DNA from: Candidatus Latescibacterota bacterium
GTDB taxonomy: Bacteria > Latescibacterota > UBA2968 > GCA-2709665
DNA: 64,000 nt
Direction of reading: 5' to 3'
NCBI GenBank assembly: GCA_965116875.1
Contig: OZ220733.1
Coordinates: 3,904,001 to 3,968,000 of the forward strand
Shown piece by piece: positions 28,915 through 39,814 of the stretch. The stretch's first letter is position 1. Every line of letters begins with the position of its first letter. The notes under the pieces are model-generated. The model was not told where the DNA came from and searched no databases. It worked only from the letters and a program-made list of their open reading frames with translations. Made by a program: the position numbers and the translations under genes.

Positions 28915-29295
28915 ATGGCCGAGATCTACAGCGAGATTGCGCTCGATCATTTCAGGAATCCGCGCAACGCGGGGACCATGCAAAGTGCGGACGGCGCCGC
29001 CACGGTTGAGAATCCGGCGTCCGGCGCGGTGGTGTCGCTTCAGATGAGAATCGTCGACGAACGGGTCGTGTGCGCGAAGTTTCAGGCCCAGGGCTGCACG
29101 GCCACCATCGCCGCCGCTTCGGCAATAACAGAAATGGTGTCGGGTCTCCCGGTTGCGGCGGCGGCGGCGGTAACGCGTGCGGACGTGGAGGCCACGCTGG
29201 GCGGCCTGCCGCCCACGAGAAAGCACGCGGTCGCACTGGCACGAGATGCGGTCAGGGCGGCAATTGCGGACTTCAGGGCGCGGGTCGGGGTCTGA
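28915..29295 (+). CDS. IscU/NifU-N-like scaffold protein, Cys-depleted
   Basis: YSEIALDHFRNPRNAG, KFQAQGC..TIA, LGGLP..RKH. Confidence 0.8.
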   Translation: MAEIYSEIALDHFRNPRNAGTMQSADGAATVENPASGAVVSLQMRIVDERVVCAKFQAQGCTATIAAASAITEMVSGLPVAAAAAVTRADVEATLGGLPPTRKHAVALARDAVRAAIADFRARVGV

Positions 29296-29317
29296 CGGAT
29301 TTGATTCGATTGCAATG

Positions 29318-29351
29318 AAAAGGACAGGGCGCATCCGTTCCCTGTCCTTTT
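29318..29351. terminator. hairpin/terminator between the iscU-like gene and queG
   Basis: AAAAGGACAGGG...CCCTGTCCTTTT. Confidence 0.65.
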
Positions 29352-29368
29352 GGGCTTGTTTGGAGTCC

Positions 29369-30619
29369 ATGGCTACGTATACGGAAGACGACCAGCGGAA
29401 GTTGACGGCGCAGATTAAGCGAAAGGCGCGCGGGATGGGCTTCAGTCCCGTGGGCGTCGCCCCCGCGGGACCGCCGGAGCACTGGGGCTTCTATCTGGAC
29501 TGGCTCGCGAAGGGGTATGCCGGCCAGATGGCATATCTTGGCCGGAATCTCGACCGGAAGTCACACCCCGGGCAGGTTCTGCCGGGCGCCAGAACCATCC
29601 TCTGCGTGGGGATGAATTACGAACAGGCGAACGGCGCGCCACCGGCCGGTGTGCGCACCACGGGCAGGATTTCCAGGTACGCCCGGGGCGACGACTACCA
29701 CGACCTGATGAACGCCCGGCTGAAGAAACTGCTGGAATGGATTCAGACCCTGAAACCCGATGTGCAGGGCAGGGTTTACGTCGACACAGGACCCGTACTC
29801 GAGCGCGATTTCGCTGCCCGCGCCGGCTTGGGATGGTTCGGAAAGCACACCAACCTCATCCATAAGCGCAAAGGTTCGTGGTTTTTTCTCGGTGAGATTC
29901 TACTGACCCTGCCTCTGGTGTACGACCGCCCTGTTGCCGATCATTGCGGAACCTGCACTCTATGCATGGACGCCTGCCCCACCGATGCGATTCCGCAGCC
30001 CTACGTACTGGATTCCAAACGGTGCATCTCGTACCTGACCATCGAGTTGAAGGGCCCCATTCCACGGCCCTTCAGGGAACAGATGGGTGACTGGATTTAT
30101 GGATGCGATATTTGCCAGGAAGTCTGTCCGTGGAACCTCAAGCAGGCCGGACCGACCGCGGAGCCGGCGCTGAAGCCCCGTGCGGGTCTCGAAGCGCCCG
30201 AACTCGCCGAATTGCTTTCCATGGACCAGAAGGCGTTCAGCAGGAGATTTCGCGGAAGCCCGATCAAACGCGCCAAACGGCGCGGATTATTGCGCAATGC
30301 CGCCGTGGCTCTGGGCAATTGCGGCACGGCCGACGATATTCCCGCATTGACGGCAGCGTTATCCGATGGGGAACCTCTCGTCCGCGGCCATGCGGCCTGG
30401 GCCCTCGGGCGCATCGGCGGGACCGATGCGCGCCGCGCGCTTACCGAGGCGGGCGGCTCCGAGCCGGACGAGGCCGTCCGCGAGGAAATCGGGATGGCAT
30501 TGGATGCAATCGACCGGGGGGCCGGGCGGGGGAACGTCCGCGACCCCAGGCGCAAAGTTACCGAAACATCGGAAGTGGACGAATATTCCGGGGTGCCGCA
30601 TGCAGATTCTCGACATTGA
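29369..30619 (+). CDS. queG: epoxyqueuosine reductase
   Basis: SRYA.GDDYH, VDTGPVLER, CGTC..C..ACPT, CISYLTIE, GCDICQEVCPWN, HEAT-repeat tail. Confidence 0.95.
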   Translation: MATYTEDDQRKLTAQIKRKARGMGFSPVGVAPAGPPEHWGFYLDWLAKGYAGQMAYLGRNLDRKSHPGQVLPGARTILCVGMNYEQANGAPPAGVRTTGRISRYARGDDYHDLMNARLKKLLEWIQTLKPDVQGRVYVDTGPVLERDFAARAGLGWFGKHTNLIHKRKGSWFFLGEILLTLPLVYDRPVADHCGTCTLCMDACPTDAIPQPYVLDSKRCISYLTIELKGPIPRPFREQMGDWIYGCDICQEVCPWNLKQAGPTAEPALKPRAGLEAPELAELLSMDQKAFSRRFRGSPIKRAKRRGLLRNAAVALGNCGTADDIPALTAALSDGEPLVRGHAAWALGRIGGTDARRALTEAGGSEPDEAVREEIGMALDAIDRGAGRGNVRDPRRKVTETSEVDEYSGVPHADSRH

Positions 30620-31976
30620 ACGCCAGCCGGACGTCAACGGGGCGAATGGCTCAGGTACTCCGGCTTCCGGCGCGGGACGCCGGATCTTTATCGAGACCTA
30701 CGGCTGTCAGATGAACGTGTCCGACACGGAACTGATGATGGGCGTACTGAAGAGCGCAGGATTCCGCCCGGCATCCGGTGTCGAGGACGCGGACGTCGTT
30801 CTGTTGAATACATGCGCCATTCGAGAGCGTGCGGAAGAGCGTGTGGTGGGCCGTCTTTCGCAGCTCAGCATGCTGAAGCGGGCGCGACCGGATCTCGTAC
30901 TCGGCGTGAGCGGATGCATGGCCAAGCACCTCGCCGAGGAACTTCTGAATCAATTGCCGTACGTGGATCTCGTGGTCGGGCCGGACTCCTATCGGCGGCT
31001 TCCCGAGTTGATCGGGGAAGCTGCCGGGAATCCCGCGCTGGACGTACGGCTCGACCGGCGCGAGGACTATTTGGAACTCGATCCCGTCCGCCGGGAGGGC
31101 ACGAATGCCTGGATCACGATCATGCGGGGATGCGACAAGTTTTGCACGTTCTGTATCGTACCCTACGTGCGCGGTCGCGAGCGAAGCGTGCCCGCGGGCG
31201 ACCTGTTGCGACAGGTGCGGATGGCTGCGTCGGAGGGGTTCCGGGAAGTTACCCTGCTCGGTCAGACCGTGAATTCCTACCATGACGGCGAAACCGATTT
31301 TGCCGATCTCCTGAAGATGGTTGCCGGTGTGGAGGGTATACGCAGGATTCGCTTTACGTCGCCGCATCCGAGCGATTTTTCGGACAAGCTGATCGGCACG
31401 CTGGCGGAAGAGAACAAGATCTGCCGATTCATCCATCTGCCGGTTCAGTCCGGTTCCGACAGGGTCCTCAGGGCCATGAAGCGGACCTACACAACCGGCC
31501 GGTATCTCGACCTGGTCGACCGTCTCCGGTCAGCCCTCCCGGGGTTGTGCCTGTCCACCGATGTCATCGTCGGGTTTCCCGGCGAAGAGGATTGTGACTT
31601 CGAGTCGACCATGGCGCTGATGAGACACGTTCGGTACGACTCGGCCTTCATGTTCAAATATTCCCCCCGGAAGGGTACGGTAGCCTACAGGGAGATTCCC
31701 GATACGGTCCCGGAGGCAGAAAAAGCACGTCGGCTCCAGGCCGTAATCGCGCAGCAGACGAGAATCTCCGGCGAGATCAACCGGCGCTGTATCGGACAAT
31801 TGCAGGAGGTACTCGTCGAGGGCGACGCGCGGCGCGGCGAAGGACAGGCAGTAGGAAAATCCGATGGATTCAAAACGGTTGTGTTTCCAAAGGACGGGGT
31901 TGGGACCAACACGTTCGTGGATATCAGAATCACAGACGCGACGTCTCATACGCTGATCGGTCGGCGGGAACGTTGA
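30600..31976 (+). CDS. miaB: tRNA-2-methylthio-N6-dimethylallyladenosine synthase
   Basis: [35 protein letters not shown] domain. Confidence 0.95.
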   Translation: MQILDIERQPDVNGANGSGTPASGAGRRIFIETYGCQMNVSDTELMMGVLKSAGFRPASGVEDADVVLLNTCAIRERAEERVVGRLSQLSMLKRARPDLVLGVSGCMAKHLAEELLNQLPYVDLVVGPDSYRRLPELIGEAAGNPALDVRLDRREDYLELDPVRREGTNAWITIMRGCDKFCTFCIVPYVRGRERSVPAGDLLRQVRMAASEGFREVTLLGQTVNSYHDGETDFADLLKMVAGVEGIRRIRFTSPHPSDFSDKLIGTLAEENKICRFIHLPVQSGSDRVLRAMKRTYTTGRYLDLVDRLRSALPGLCLSTDVIVGFPGEEDCDFESTMALMRHVRYDSAFMFKYSPRKGTVAYREIPDTVPEAEKARRLQAVIAQQTRISGEINRRCIGQLQEVLVEGDARRGEGQAVGKSDGFKTVVFPKDGVGTNTFVDIRITDATSHTLIGRRER

Positions 31977-32022
31977 GAAGTCGCGGTATCGCCGGCGGGC
32001 GACTTCCTTCCGGCAAGCCTCC

Positions 32023-32910
32023 ATGATGCTGCAAATCGAAAACCAGAATCCAGGTAGAAACCGCCGTTTGCCGGACTGGTTCCGGGTACCTGCGCCCGGC
32101 AACGCAGGGTACCTGGGACTGAAGCGCCTCATGCGCGAACTGGACCTGCACACCGTTTGCGAGAGCGCGAAGTGTCCGAATATCGGCGAATGCTGGGGCG
32201 CCGGTACGGCAACGTTCATGATTCTGGGGGACATCTGTACTCGCAGCTGCGGGTTTTGCGCCGTAAAGACCGGACGTCCGCAGGGTCTCGACATGGATGA
32301 ACCCGGCCGGGTTGCCCAGGCCGTCGTGCGGCTGGGTCTGAGACACGCCGTAGTGACATCGGTAAACCGTGACGAACTGCCGGACGGAGGCGCGTCGATA
32401 TTCGCGGCTACCATCAGGGAAATCCGACGTATGCGTCCTGAGACACGGGTGGAGGTGCTGATTCCGGATTTTCAGGGAAACTGGAGGGCGCTGGATCTGG
32501 TGATGTCGGCCGGCCCCGATATACTGAACCACAACGTGGAGACGCCTCCCCGGCTCTATCGTCTGATGCGCCCCCAGGCCAACTACGCCCAATCCCTCGA
32601 ATTGCTCCGGCGAGCCGGAATCATCAGTCCGGGCATCCCAACGAAATCCGGCATCATGGTCGGCGCTGGAGAAACCGTGGAGGAAGTGTACCAGACCATC
32701 GACGAAATCGCCGAACAGGGAACGGACATACTCACGGTGGGTCAATATCTGCAGCCTTCTCCGGCGCATGTTTCCATTGCGAGATTCTACCATCCGGATG
32801 AATTCGAGAAGATCCGGCGCTTCGCGGAGACGCGAGGATTCCGACACGTGGAGTCGGGTCCGCTTGTGCGGAGTTCCTATCACGCCGCAAACCATGCGAT
32901 TGCAGGATGA
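32023..32910 (+). CDS. lipA: lipoyl synthase
   Basis: [33 protein letters not shown]. Confidence 0.96.
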   Translation: MMLQIENQNPGRNRRLPDWFRVPAPGNAGYLGLKRLMRELDLHTVCESAKCPNIGECWGAGTATFMILGDICTRSCGFCAVKTGRPQGLDMDEPGRVAQAVVRLGLRHAVVTSVNRDELPDGGASIFAATIREIRRMRPETRVEVLIPDFQGNWRALDLVMSAGPDILNHNVETPPRLYRLMRPQANYAQSLELLRRAGIISPGIPTKSGIMVGAGETVEEVYQTIDEIAEQGTDILTVGQYLQPSPAHVSIARFYHPDEFEKIRRFAETRGFRHVESGPLVRSSYHAANHAIAG

Positions 32911-33331
32911 GACCGTGTTCCGTTTGAGTCGATGGCGTCCGAAAAGCCGGCGCCGGACCGCGCAGACCGCTCCCGCGGACGCGGGACAGGTTCCTGGCTT
33001 TATACGGGTGGCTTCGATTCATGAAGTCCCCCCGGGTACCGGCAAACTCGTAACGATGATGGGCCGTGAAGTCGGGCTCTTCAACGTGGACGGAAGAATC
33101 GAGGCGATTGACAATACCTGTCCACACAACCACCGACCGATCGGGACAGATGGGTTCAGAGGCGGGGCCGTGACCTGTTTCTGGCACAACCTGACGTTCG
33201 ACCTTGCGTCCGGCAAATGTACCGAGGCGCCTCATTTCAAAATCAGGAAGTATCCCGTGCGTGTCCGGAGCCAGGAGATCTACGTGTCTCCCCGCGCTGA
33301 GGGATTGCCGGGCGCTTTGGAGTTGACTTGA
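32894..33331 (+). CDS. small Rieske [2Fe-2S] ferredoxin
   Basis: CPH...CFWH..TFDL.SG; start uncertain. Confidence 0.8.
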   Translation: MRLQDETVFRLSRWRPKSRRRTAQTAPADAGQVPGFIRVASIHEVPPGTGKLVTMMGREVGLFNVDGRIEAIDNTCPHNHRPIGTDGFRGGAVTCFWHNLTFDLASGKCTEAPHFKIRKYPVRVRSQEIYVSPRAEGLPGALELT

Positions 33332-33465
33332 ATATTGGAGTTCAATACATTGCCTGTTTCGGCCCGGGATGCGAAACCATTCGCACGAGGCTGGCTCCGC
33401 GCGGCGAATAACTCCATGGAAGCAGTTTTTACAGTCAGCATCTGACAATCTCGGAGAATCGGCAA

Positions 33466-34842
33466 ATGAAAAACAGGGATCGGCTTTGGGTGTGCGCCCT
33501 GCTGTTCGCGGGCGTTTTGTTCCTGGGCGTGAAGGGGCACTGCGCCGAGGCTGAGCGCCTGGACCTGCCGTTTATCGGCGAAGGGGACCTGGCATTTTTC
33601 ACCGACACCGCGGGATTCCAGGCGTCCGTGGGTTTCACGCGACAGGAGATCTACGTCCTGCTGGACGCGAGTCAGTTGAAATTCAGGCGCAAAAGGAAAC
33701 GATATGAAGCGGAAATGGAACTGTCTGTTTCACTGACCGATTCCGCGGGCGTCGTCGTCAATGAAGAAACCTGGAAGCGCAAGGTCTGGGTCGAAAGCGC
33801 CGACGACGTCGAGGGTGCGGGACTGCCCTTTCGCGATATGATCGGATTCGATCTGAAGCCGGGCACGTATCGAATGACCCTTTCAATTCGTGACCTCAAG
33901 GAGAAAAAAAGGGCCGTTGCCGAGGGGGACCTGCGGGTCCGGGATTTCGAGGAGCAGGCATTGAGATCCAGCGACCTCCTGTTCGCATCCGGGCTGTCCA
34001 GAACGGACTCGGAAGGCAGGTTCTCGAGATACGGCTGGCAGGTGACGCCCAACGTGACCCGGACCTATCCGGCCGGCGGGGACATCGAAGTTTATTTTGA
34101 GATCTATCACCTCTCGGCGCCCGTCGAGGGTGCGGACAATACGTTTCTGCTGGGGTACAGCGTGCTGGATACTGCCGGGGCCGTGGTGGCGAAGTTTGCC
34201 GACCAGAGGTTGATGAAGCCCGGCACCAGCGCCGTGAAGACGGAGATCTTCAGTACCGGCGAACTGCGACCGGGCCGGTACTTTTTTCAAGTCGAGGCGC
34301 TGGACCGGAGCAATCGCGCCGTCCACAGATCGAGACGGATGATTTCTCTGGCAAGGCAGCGGGAAGTCGTAGAGTTGTCACAGGAGGAACGGGACAATAT
34401 CCGATACTACAGGGAAATTCGATATATCGCGAAAGGTTCTCAGTGGAAGGAATACCGGAAACTGAAAAACCGTATGGACCAGATGGCGTTCCTGAAGGTC
34501 TTCTGGAAGGAACTGGACCCAACCCCGGCGACCGACGAAAACGAGCGCCTGATCCAGCACATCCATCGAATGCGTTTCGCGGAGAACAACTACGCCGCGG
34601 GCCGCGGCAAGCGGGGGTCGGATACGGACAAGGGCCGAATCTATATCAAGTTTGGCGAGCCGAGCGATATTCAATACAATCTGGCGGCGTCCAACGAAAA
34701 GCCGTTTGAAGTCTGGACTTACGAAGAACAGCGCGGTGTCCGATTCATCTTCGTGGATCGGCGCGGCGCGGGTGTATTCGAACTCGTACACTCAACGCAT
34801 CCGGCGGAAACGTACAACCCGAATTGGCGGCTGATGGAGTAG
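33466..34842 (+). CDS. GWxTD domain-containing secreted protein
   Basis: Signal peptide; FWKELDPTP.T.ENE, GSDTDKGRIYIKFGEP, EVWTY. Confidence 0.85.
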   Translation: MKNRDRLWVCALLFAGVLFLGVKGHCAEAERLDLPFIGEGDLAFFTDTAGFQASVGFTRQEIYVLLDASQLKFRRKRKRYEAEMELSVSLTDSAGVVVNEETWKRKVWVESADDVEGAGLPFRDMIGFDLKPGTYRMTLSIRDLKEKKRAVAEGDLRVRDFEEQALRSSDLLFASGLSRTDSEGRFSRYGWQVTPNVTRTYPAGGDIEVYFEIYHLSAPVEGADNTFLLGYSVLDTAGAVVAKFADQRLMKPGTSAVKTEIFSTGELRPGRYFFQVEALDRSNRAVHRSRRMISLARQREVVELSQEERDNIRYYREIRYIAKGSQWKEYRKLKNRMDQMAFLKVFWKELDPTPATDENERLIQHIHRMRFAENNYAAGRGKRGSDTDKGRIYIKFGEPSDIQYNLAASNEKPFEVWTYEEQRGVRFIFVDRRGAGVFELVHSTHPAETYNPNWRLME

Positions 34843-34877
34843 CGTCCGGACAGGGGGCGTGAACTCCCGGGGCGGCC

Positions 34878-34907
34878 GCAGCCCGCATGGATTTTTTCAA
34901 CGGGCTG
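34878..34907 (-). repeat. solo end of MITE family 2
   Basis: GCAGCCCGCATGGATTTTTTCAACGGGCTG followed by CTAA; matches the right end of 60859-60942. Confidence 0.6.
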
Positions 34908-34929
34908 CTAACCATCCAGAGGAATCGCG

Positions 34930-37900
34930 GTGGATCCTAGGTTTCTCCTTGAAGAAGGCGTCGGGATCTTTACCGGCAATGAGCTCATTGTCAAGGGCGG
35001 TCTCGAGCACCGCATGGGTATGCTTACCGGCTACCCCGGTTCTCCGGTCGCAGAGGTCTTCGATGCCGCTGAGCGCATCCGGGAACTGCTCGTGGAACAG
35101 GGCGTGGTGGTGCAGATTGCCAACAACGAAGCGCTCAGCGCCGCGCGGCTTAACGGTTCCCAGATGACGCCCGTGCGCGCGATGGCGGTGATGAAGAGCG
35201 TGGGCGCCCACGTGGCTTCCGACGGGCTTGCCCTCGGCAATATGGCGGGAACGGCGCCGGGCGGCGCGGCCGTGGCCGTGTTCGGTGACGATACGTGGTC
35301 GGAGGGCACCCAGGTTCCCGCCGATTCCCGGTTTATCGCGAAACACCTGTATATGCCCATTCTTGAGCCGAGCACGTTCCAGGAACTCAAGGACTGGATC
35401 GGCGTCGCCTTCGATCTTTCGGAAAAGACTCGCCTCTATGTGGCCTATCTCATTACCTCCAACCAGGCGGACGGCGGGGGCACCGTTACGGTAGCTCCCA
35501 ATCGTTTTCCCCACCTGACACCGCACGCGCCAATAACCATAGACAGCGACACGATTCCGCTCGACGACAGGGTGATCATCCCACCAAGCACCGCCATCAA
35601 GGAGGAAGACGTACTGCACCGGCGGATGCCGGAATTGCTGGAATACGCCCGCGAATACAAACTGAACCGCCTTCTGTATCCGCCTGAATCGGGGAAGAGA
35701 CGCATTGGTTTCGTCAGTTCCAGCCTCGCGTATTGCTACCTGGAGCATGTGTTGAATATGCTGGGGCTGGAAGGCAGCATCCCCATACTGAAATACGGGC
35801 TGACGTATCCGGTAGACCCGGTAATCCTGAAGGCATTCGTGGGATCTGTCGATGATATCTACGTGGTGGAAGAGAAACGCGGGTTTCTGGAGGGGCAGAT
35901 TACGGCCGCGCTGCAGGCATTGCATCAGGATGGAGAGATCGGCCCGTTCCGGGTCTGGGGCAAGCGTTTTCCTGACGGTCAACCGGGATTTCCGGACAGC
36001 AAGGGCATGAACCCGTCCATCCTCCTCAAAGCGCTCGCGCCCGTCCTGCTGGATCTGGACGACCCCGCGGTCCCCGTCGACCGTGGTCGGATCGCGCAGG
36101 AAGTCGACCTTGTCGACGAAACAGCCGGTTACCAGGTGGAGGCGGCCGTACGCACCCCCTCATTCTGTCCCGGTTGTCCGCATCGGGATTCCGCGAGCGT
36201 GCTGAACCGGGTCATCGACGATTTCGGCAATGCGGATTATATGCGGAAACACCATCACCGGGATCCGGCTGACCTGGTGTTTCACGGCGATATCGGGTGC
36301 TATTCCCTGTTGAAATACAAGCCCTTCGACCGGCTGATGCACAATCTGTCCGGGATGGGGCTGGGCGGAGGCACGGGAGCCGGGATCGATCCCTATATTG
36401 ACAATAAGCAGCTTGTCTTTATGGGAGACTCGACCTTTTTTCACAGCGGAATGGCGGCGATTTCCGATTCGATAAAGCACGGCCAGGACATTACCTACGT
36501 CATTCTGGACAACAAGACAACGGCAATGACCGGCCACCAGCCCACGCCCGGCGTTGACGTGGACATTCTGGGCAAGCCGACGTTTGCACAGGATATCGAA
36601 CAGGTTGTGCGGGGCATGGCCGGCGACGGCGACAGCGTCTTTATTGCGAGGATGGATCCGGCGGAACGCGCACCCTACCGGCAGACACTGGAGCGTGCGG
36701 TGTTGAAGGACGGTGTCAAGATCGTCATCGCCGACAAGGAATGCGGGATTACGTTTCACCGCAGGCAGCGCGCGATGCAGAACGAGACCGTGCAGGACAG
36801 GGGATACCTGCCGGAGGAACGCCACGTCAACATCACGCCGGAGGTCTGCGAATATTGCCTGGAATGTACGCGGGCAACCGGATGCAGCGGATTGACGGTG
36901 GAGGAGACGTTGCACGGCCCCAAGATCGCCACCGATCTTTCCCTGTGCGTGGCGGACGGCGCCTGCACGAAGGTGACCGTTTCAAATGGCGATGGCACAT
37001 GCCCGTCGTTCGAGGAAGTGATCGTCAGACGCACCCGGCCGGCGCAAAGACAGACGGAAGCCATCGACCTGTCTGACCTGCCTGCGCCGGAAGTGAGCTC
37101 CTTCGACGCCACCTGGTACGCGTACATTGCGGGGGTGGGCGGCATGGGCATCAACACCATCGCCGCGATTCTCTCCGTAGCCGGCGCAAGGCAGGGCTAT
37201 GCCGTGCGATTCACGAACAAGAAGGGGCTGGCCATCCGAAACGGCGCCGTGTATTCCCATGTCAGTTTTACGAAGGGTGACCGCGTCATTTCCCAGATCA
37301 CGCCCTACGGCCACGCCAATCTTCTGCTTGGGCTGGATATTCTGGAAGCGGTGCGTGGTCTGGAGTCGATGGGAAACGGTCGCGTCGCCAGTCCGAGGCA
37401 TACATCCGCGGTGGTGGAGACGGGGAAGCGGCATACGGTGCTCACGCTCACCGGGCAGGACGAATTCGATACCGCGGAACTGGAGGACGTACTCAAGAGG
37501 CACACGAAGTCCGAGGGGTATTTCGGGATGGACCTGGGGGAGATCTCGGAGCGATTCCTGGGCAACAAGATCTATGCGAACAGTATCCTTCTCGGAGTTG
37601 CCTATCAGCGGGGTGTGCTGCCGCTGGATCTGGAAAACATCAAGTGGTCGATGCGGCGCAACATCAAACGCAGCGACCTCGATCCGAATTTTAAAGCTTT
37701 CGATCTCGGCCGCAAAATCGCCATCGAACCGGAAGTCGTCTCGGAGGAGAAACCATTGCTTTCCTGCAGCGAACTGATCGAAGACAAGGCCGGCATTCTG
37801 GAGCGCGGAAAGGGCAGGAAAGCGAGGGCCGCGTACCTCGAACTTACTGCCGACGCGGCGCTGTTGGACCTTGCCGAAGAGGATCGTCTGCAGTTTGCCC

Positions 37901-38535
37901 TGGGTGTGTACGATCTGATGCAGTGGGACGGCGCCCGGTACGCCGGGTCGTACGTAAGGCGCGTGCGCAAGGTGTACGAAAAGGATCGGCCGGAGGAGGA
38001 GTACGAAGCCACGCGCGCGGTCATTCGCTACCTGCCGCGCGTGATGGCCTACAAGGACGAGGTGTACGTCGCCCATCTGCTGACAAGCGAAGAGAAATAC
38101 CGACGCGATTGCGAGCGATACAACGTGTGCGAGGAGCGGGGAGACCGGATATCGTACCGCCATTTCAACCGGGGCAATTTCAATATCCTGGGGTTCAACG
38201 TGTATCTCAAGCTGACCACCAGGGACTGGATGCTGAAGCTGATGAGACGGTTGAAATTCCTGCGCAAGCTGATGCCGTCGTGGCATAGGGAAGAGAAGGC
38301 GTACCGCGATTGGTATATCGAGTTTGTCGATCGGTTCGAGTTCGATCACGAAGAGAAGTACGCGGACTACGTGCGGGTGTTCCGGCTGCCCGACGAAGTG
38401 CGCGGATATCGCGAGGTCATCCGACCCAAGATCGAGGCCGCGTATCAGGCGGCCGCGGCGATGATGGACGGCAACGGACGTCCCCGGTCCGTGGAACCCT
38501 ATCTCTCAATCGAGCCCGTTGTCGAACGGGTCTGA
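34930..38535 (+). CDS. indolepyruvate:ferredoxin oxidoreductase family, fused alpha/beta
   Basis: GYPGSP, RTPSFCPGCPH, GDIGC, GDSTFFHSG, TAMTGHQ, AGVGG.G, GLAIRNGAV, MAYKDE. Confidence 0.88.
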   Translation: MDPRFLLEEGVGIFTGNELIVKGGLEHRMGMLTGYPGSPVAEVFDAAERIRELLVEQGVVVQIANNEALSAARLNGSQMTPVRAMAVMKSVGAHVASDGLALGNMAGTAPGGAAVAVFGDDTWSEGTQVPADSRFIAKHLYMPILEPSTFQELKDWIGVAFDLSEKTRLYVAYLITSNQADGGGTVTVAPNRFPHLTPHAPITIDSDTIPLDDRVIIPPSTAIKEEDVLHRRMPELLEYAREYKLNRLLYPPESGKRRIGFVSSSLAYCYLEHVLNMLGLEGSIPILKYGLTYPVDPVILKAFVGSVDDIYVVEEKRGFLEGQITAALQALHQDGEIGPFRVWGKRFPDGQPGFPDSKGMNPSILLKALAPVLLDLDDPAVPVDRGRIAQEVDLVDETAGYQVEAAVRTPSFCPGCPHRDSASVLNRVIDDFGNADYMRKHHHRDPADLVFHGDIGCYSLLKYKPFDRLMHNLSGMGLGGGTGAGIDPYIDNKQLVFMGDSTFFHSGMAAISDSIKHGQDITYVILDNKTTAMTGHQPTPGVDVDILGKPTFAQDIEQVVRGMAGDGDSVFIARMDPAERAPYRQTLERAVLKDGVKIVIADKECGITFHRRQRAMQNETVQDRGYLPEERHVNITPEVCEYCLECTRATGCSGLTVEETLHGPKIATDLSLCVADGACTKVTVSNGDGTCPSFEEVIVRRTRPAQRQTEAIDLSDLPAPEVSSFDATWYAYIAGVGGMGINTIAAILSVAGARQGYAVRFTNKKGLAIRNGAVYSHVSFTKGDRVISQITPYGHANLLLGLDILEAVRGLESMGNGRVASPRHTSAVVETGKRHTVLTLTGQDEFDTAELEDVLKRHTKSEGYFGMDLGEISERFLGNKIYANSILLGVAYQRGVLPLDLENIKWSMRRNIKRSDLDPNFKAFDLGRKIAIEPEVVSEEKPLLSCSELIEDKAGILERGKGRKARAAYLELTADAALLDLAEEDRLQFALGVYDLMQWDGARYAGSYVRRVRKVYEKDRPEEEYEATRAVIRYLPRVMAYKDEVYVAHLLTSEEKYRRDCERYNVCEERGDRISYRHFNRGNFNILGFNVYLKLTTRDWMLKLMRRLKFLRKLMPSWHREEKAYRDWYIEFVDRFEFDHEEKYADYVRVFRLPDEVRGYREVIRPKIEAAYQAAAAMMDGNGRPRSVEPYLSIEPVVERV

Positions 38536-38603
38536 ACCGAAAGACAGTTGAATCGGCCGCCGAATGTTGCGGTATTGTCGGGGCAGGACACCGGGAAGGA
38601 GAT

Positions 38604-39653
38604 ATGTTACGGGTTGGAGTCGCCGGATTGAGGCGTGGACGAGGCCTTGCGAAGACCTTTCACAACCATCCGGAAACGCGTCTTGCCGCCATTTGCGACC
38701 CGGTAGCGGACCGGCGGGAGCAGGAGGCCGAGGCCTTCGGCGTCGAACGGGCGTACGCGGATTTCGACGCGTTTCTGTCGGCGGACCTGGACGTGGTCGT
38801 CGTGGCAACGCCGGCGCCCCTTCACGCGGCGCAGTCCATTCTGGCAATGGAAGCCGGTGCGCATGTCCTGAGCGAGGTCCCGGCCGCCTGGTCGCTGGAG
38901 GAATGTGAGGCCCTTGCCGGGGCCGTTCGGCGCACCGGACAGTTCTACATGATGGCGGAGAACATGAACTTCTACCATTATGTTCAGGACTGGAAATCGA
39001 AAATCCGGTCGGGCGCGATCGGCCGCGTTTTCTACGCTGAAGCGGAGTATATACACGATTGCCGGAAGCTGATGCGGGGTCCGGGCGGTGAACTGACGTG
39101 GCGGGCATCCATGCCGCCGATCTACTATTGCACCCACAGCCTGGGACCGGTGCTGGATATCCTGGACGACCGGTGCGTCACCGCGGTGGGCATGTCCACC
39201 GGCACGCATACGGCGCCCGATATCGGTTCGATCGACATGCAGGTGGGGTTGTTCCGGACGGAGAAGGGAAGCGTCATCAAGATCCTGTGCGGGTTTACCG
39301 TCACCCGGGAACCCGGCATGCACTGGCAGATTTTCTACGGTACCGGGGGTACCCTGGAAAACAGACGGGCGCCCTGGGAAGACGCCAAGATCTTCCGTTC
39401 GGGCGAAGGACCCATGATGGCGTTTCCGGCGCAGGACTCGGATCCCGATGCGCCCGACGAGGCGTTGGCGGGTGGACACGGCACGTCGGAATTCTACATG
39501 GTGGACCGTTTTGTACGGGCAGTGACCGGCAGAGGTCCCGTACCGATTGACGTATACCGTTCTCTGGACTTCTCGGTCCCCGGCCTGTGCGCGCATCGGT
39601 CGGCCCAACAGGGCGGCGAGCCGGTTGAGGTACCGGACTACAGGGTTTATTGA
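38604..39653 (+). CDS. Gfo/Idh/MocA family oxidoreductase
   Basis: RVGVAGL, VATP..HA, HVLSEVP, EAEYIHD, YCTHSLGP, GGHG. Confidence 0.88.
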   Translation: MLRVGVAGLRRGRGLAKTFHNHPETRLAAICDPVADRREQEAEAFGVERAYADFDAFLSADLDVVVVATPAPLHAAQSILAMEAGAHVLSEVPAAWSLEECEALAGAVRRTGQFYMMAENMNFYHYVQDWKSKIRSGAIGRVFYAEAEYIHDCRKLMRGPGGELTWRASMPPIYYCTHSLGPVLDILDDRCVTAVGMSTGTHTAPDIGSIDMQVGLFRTEKGSVIKILCGFTVTREPGMHWQIFYGTGGTLENRRAPWEDAKIFRSGEGPMMAFPAQDSDPDAPDEALAGGHGTSEFYMVDRFVRAVTGRGPVPIDVYRSLDFSVPGLCAHRSAQQGGEPVEVPDYRVY

Positions 39654-39814
39654 TCCATAGCCGGCGCCAGCCAATGCCTTTGGATTCATGAAACGGCCGG
39701 GCCGATAGCAATTGTACTGCTGACAATCAAGCGGGGTTTCTGAGACGGGTCCGGCCGATGCCCTGAAAGCCGGCGAGAAAGGATCCCGTCTTCAATCTTT
39801 AAGGAGGGTGTGTT

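Noticed and set aside
32908-32910. lipA TGA as a possible read-through into the Rieske gene
   Set aside because: The Rieske ORF is in a different frame and LipA is complete at RSSYHA.
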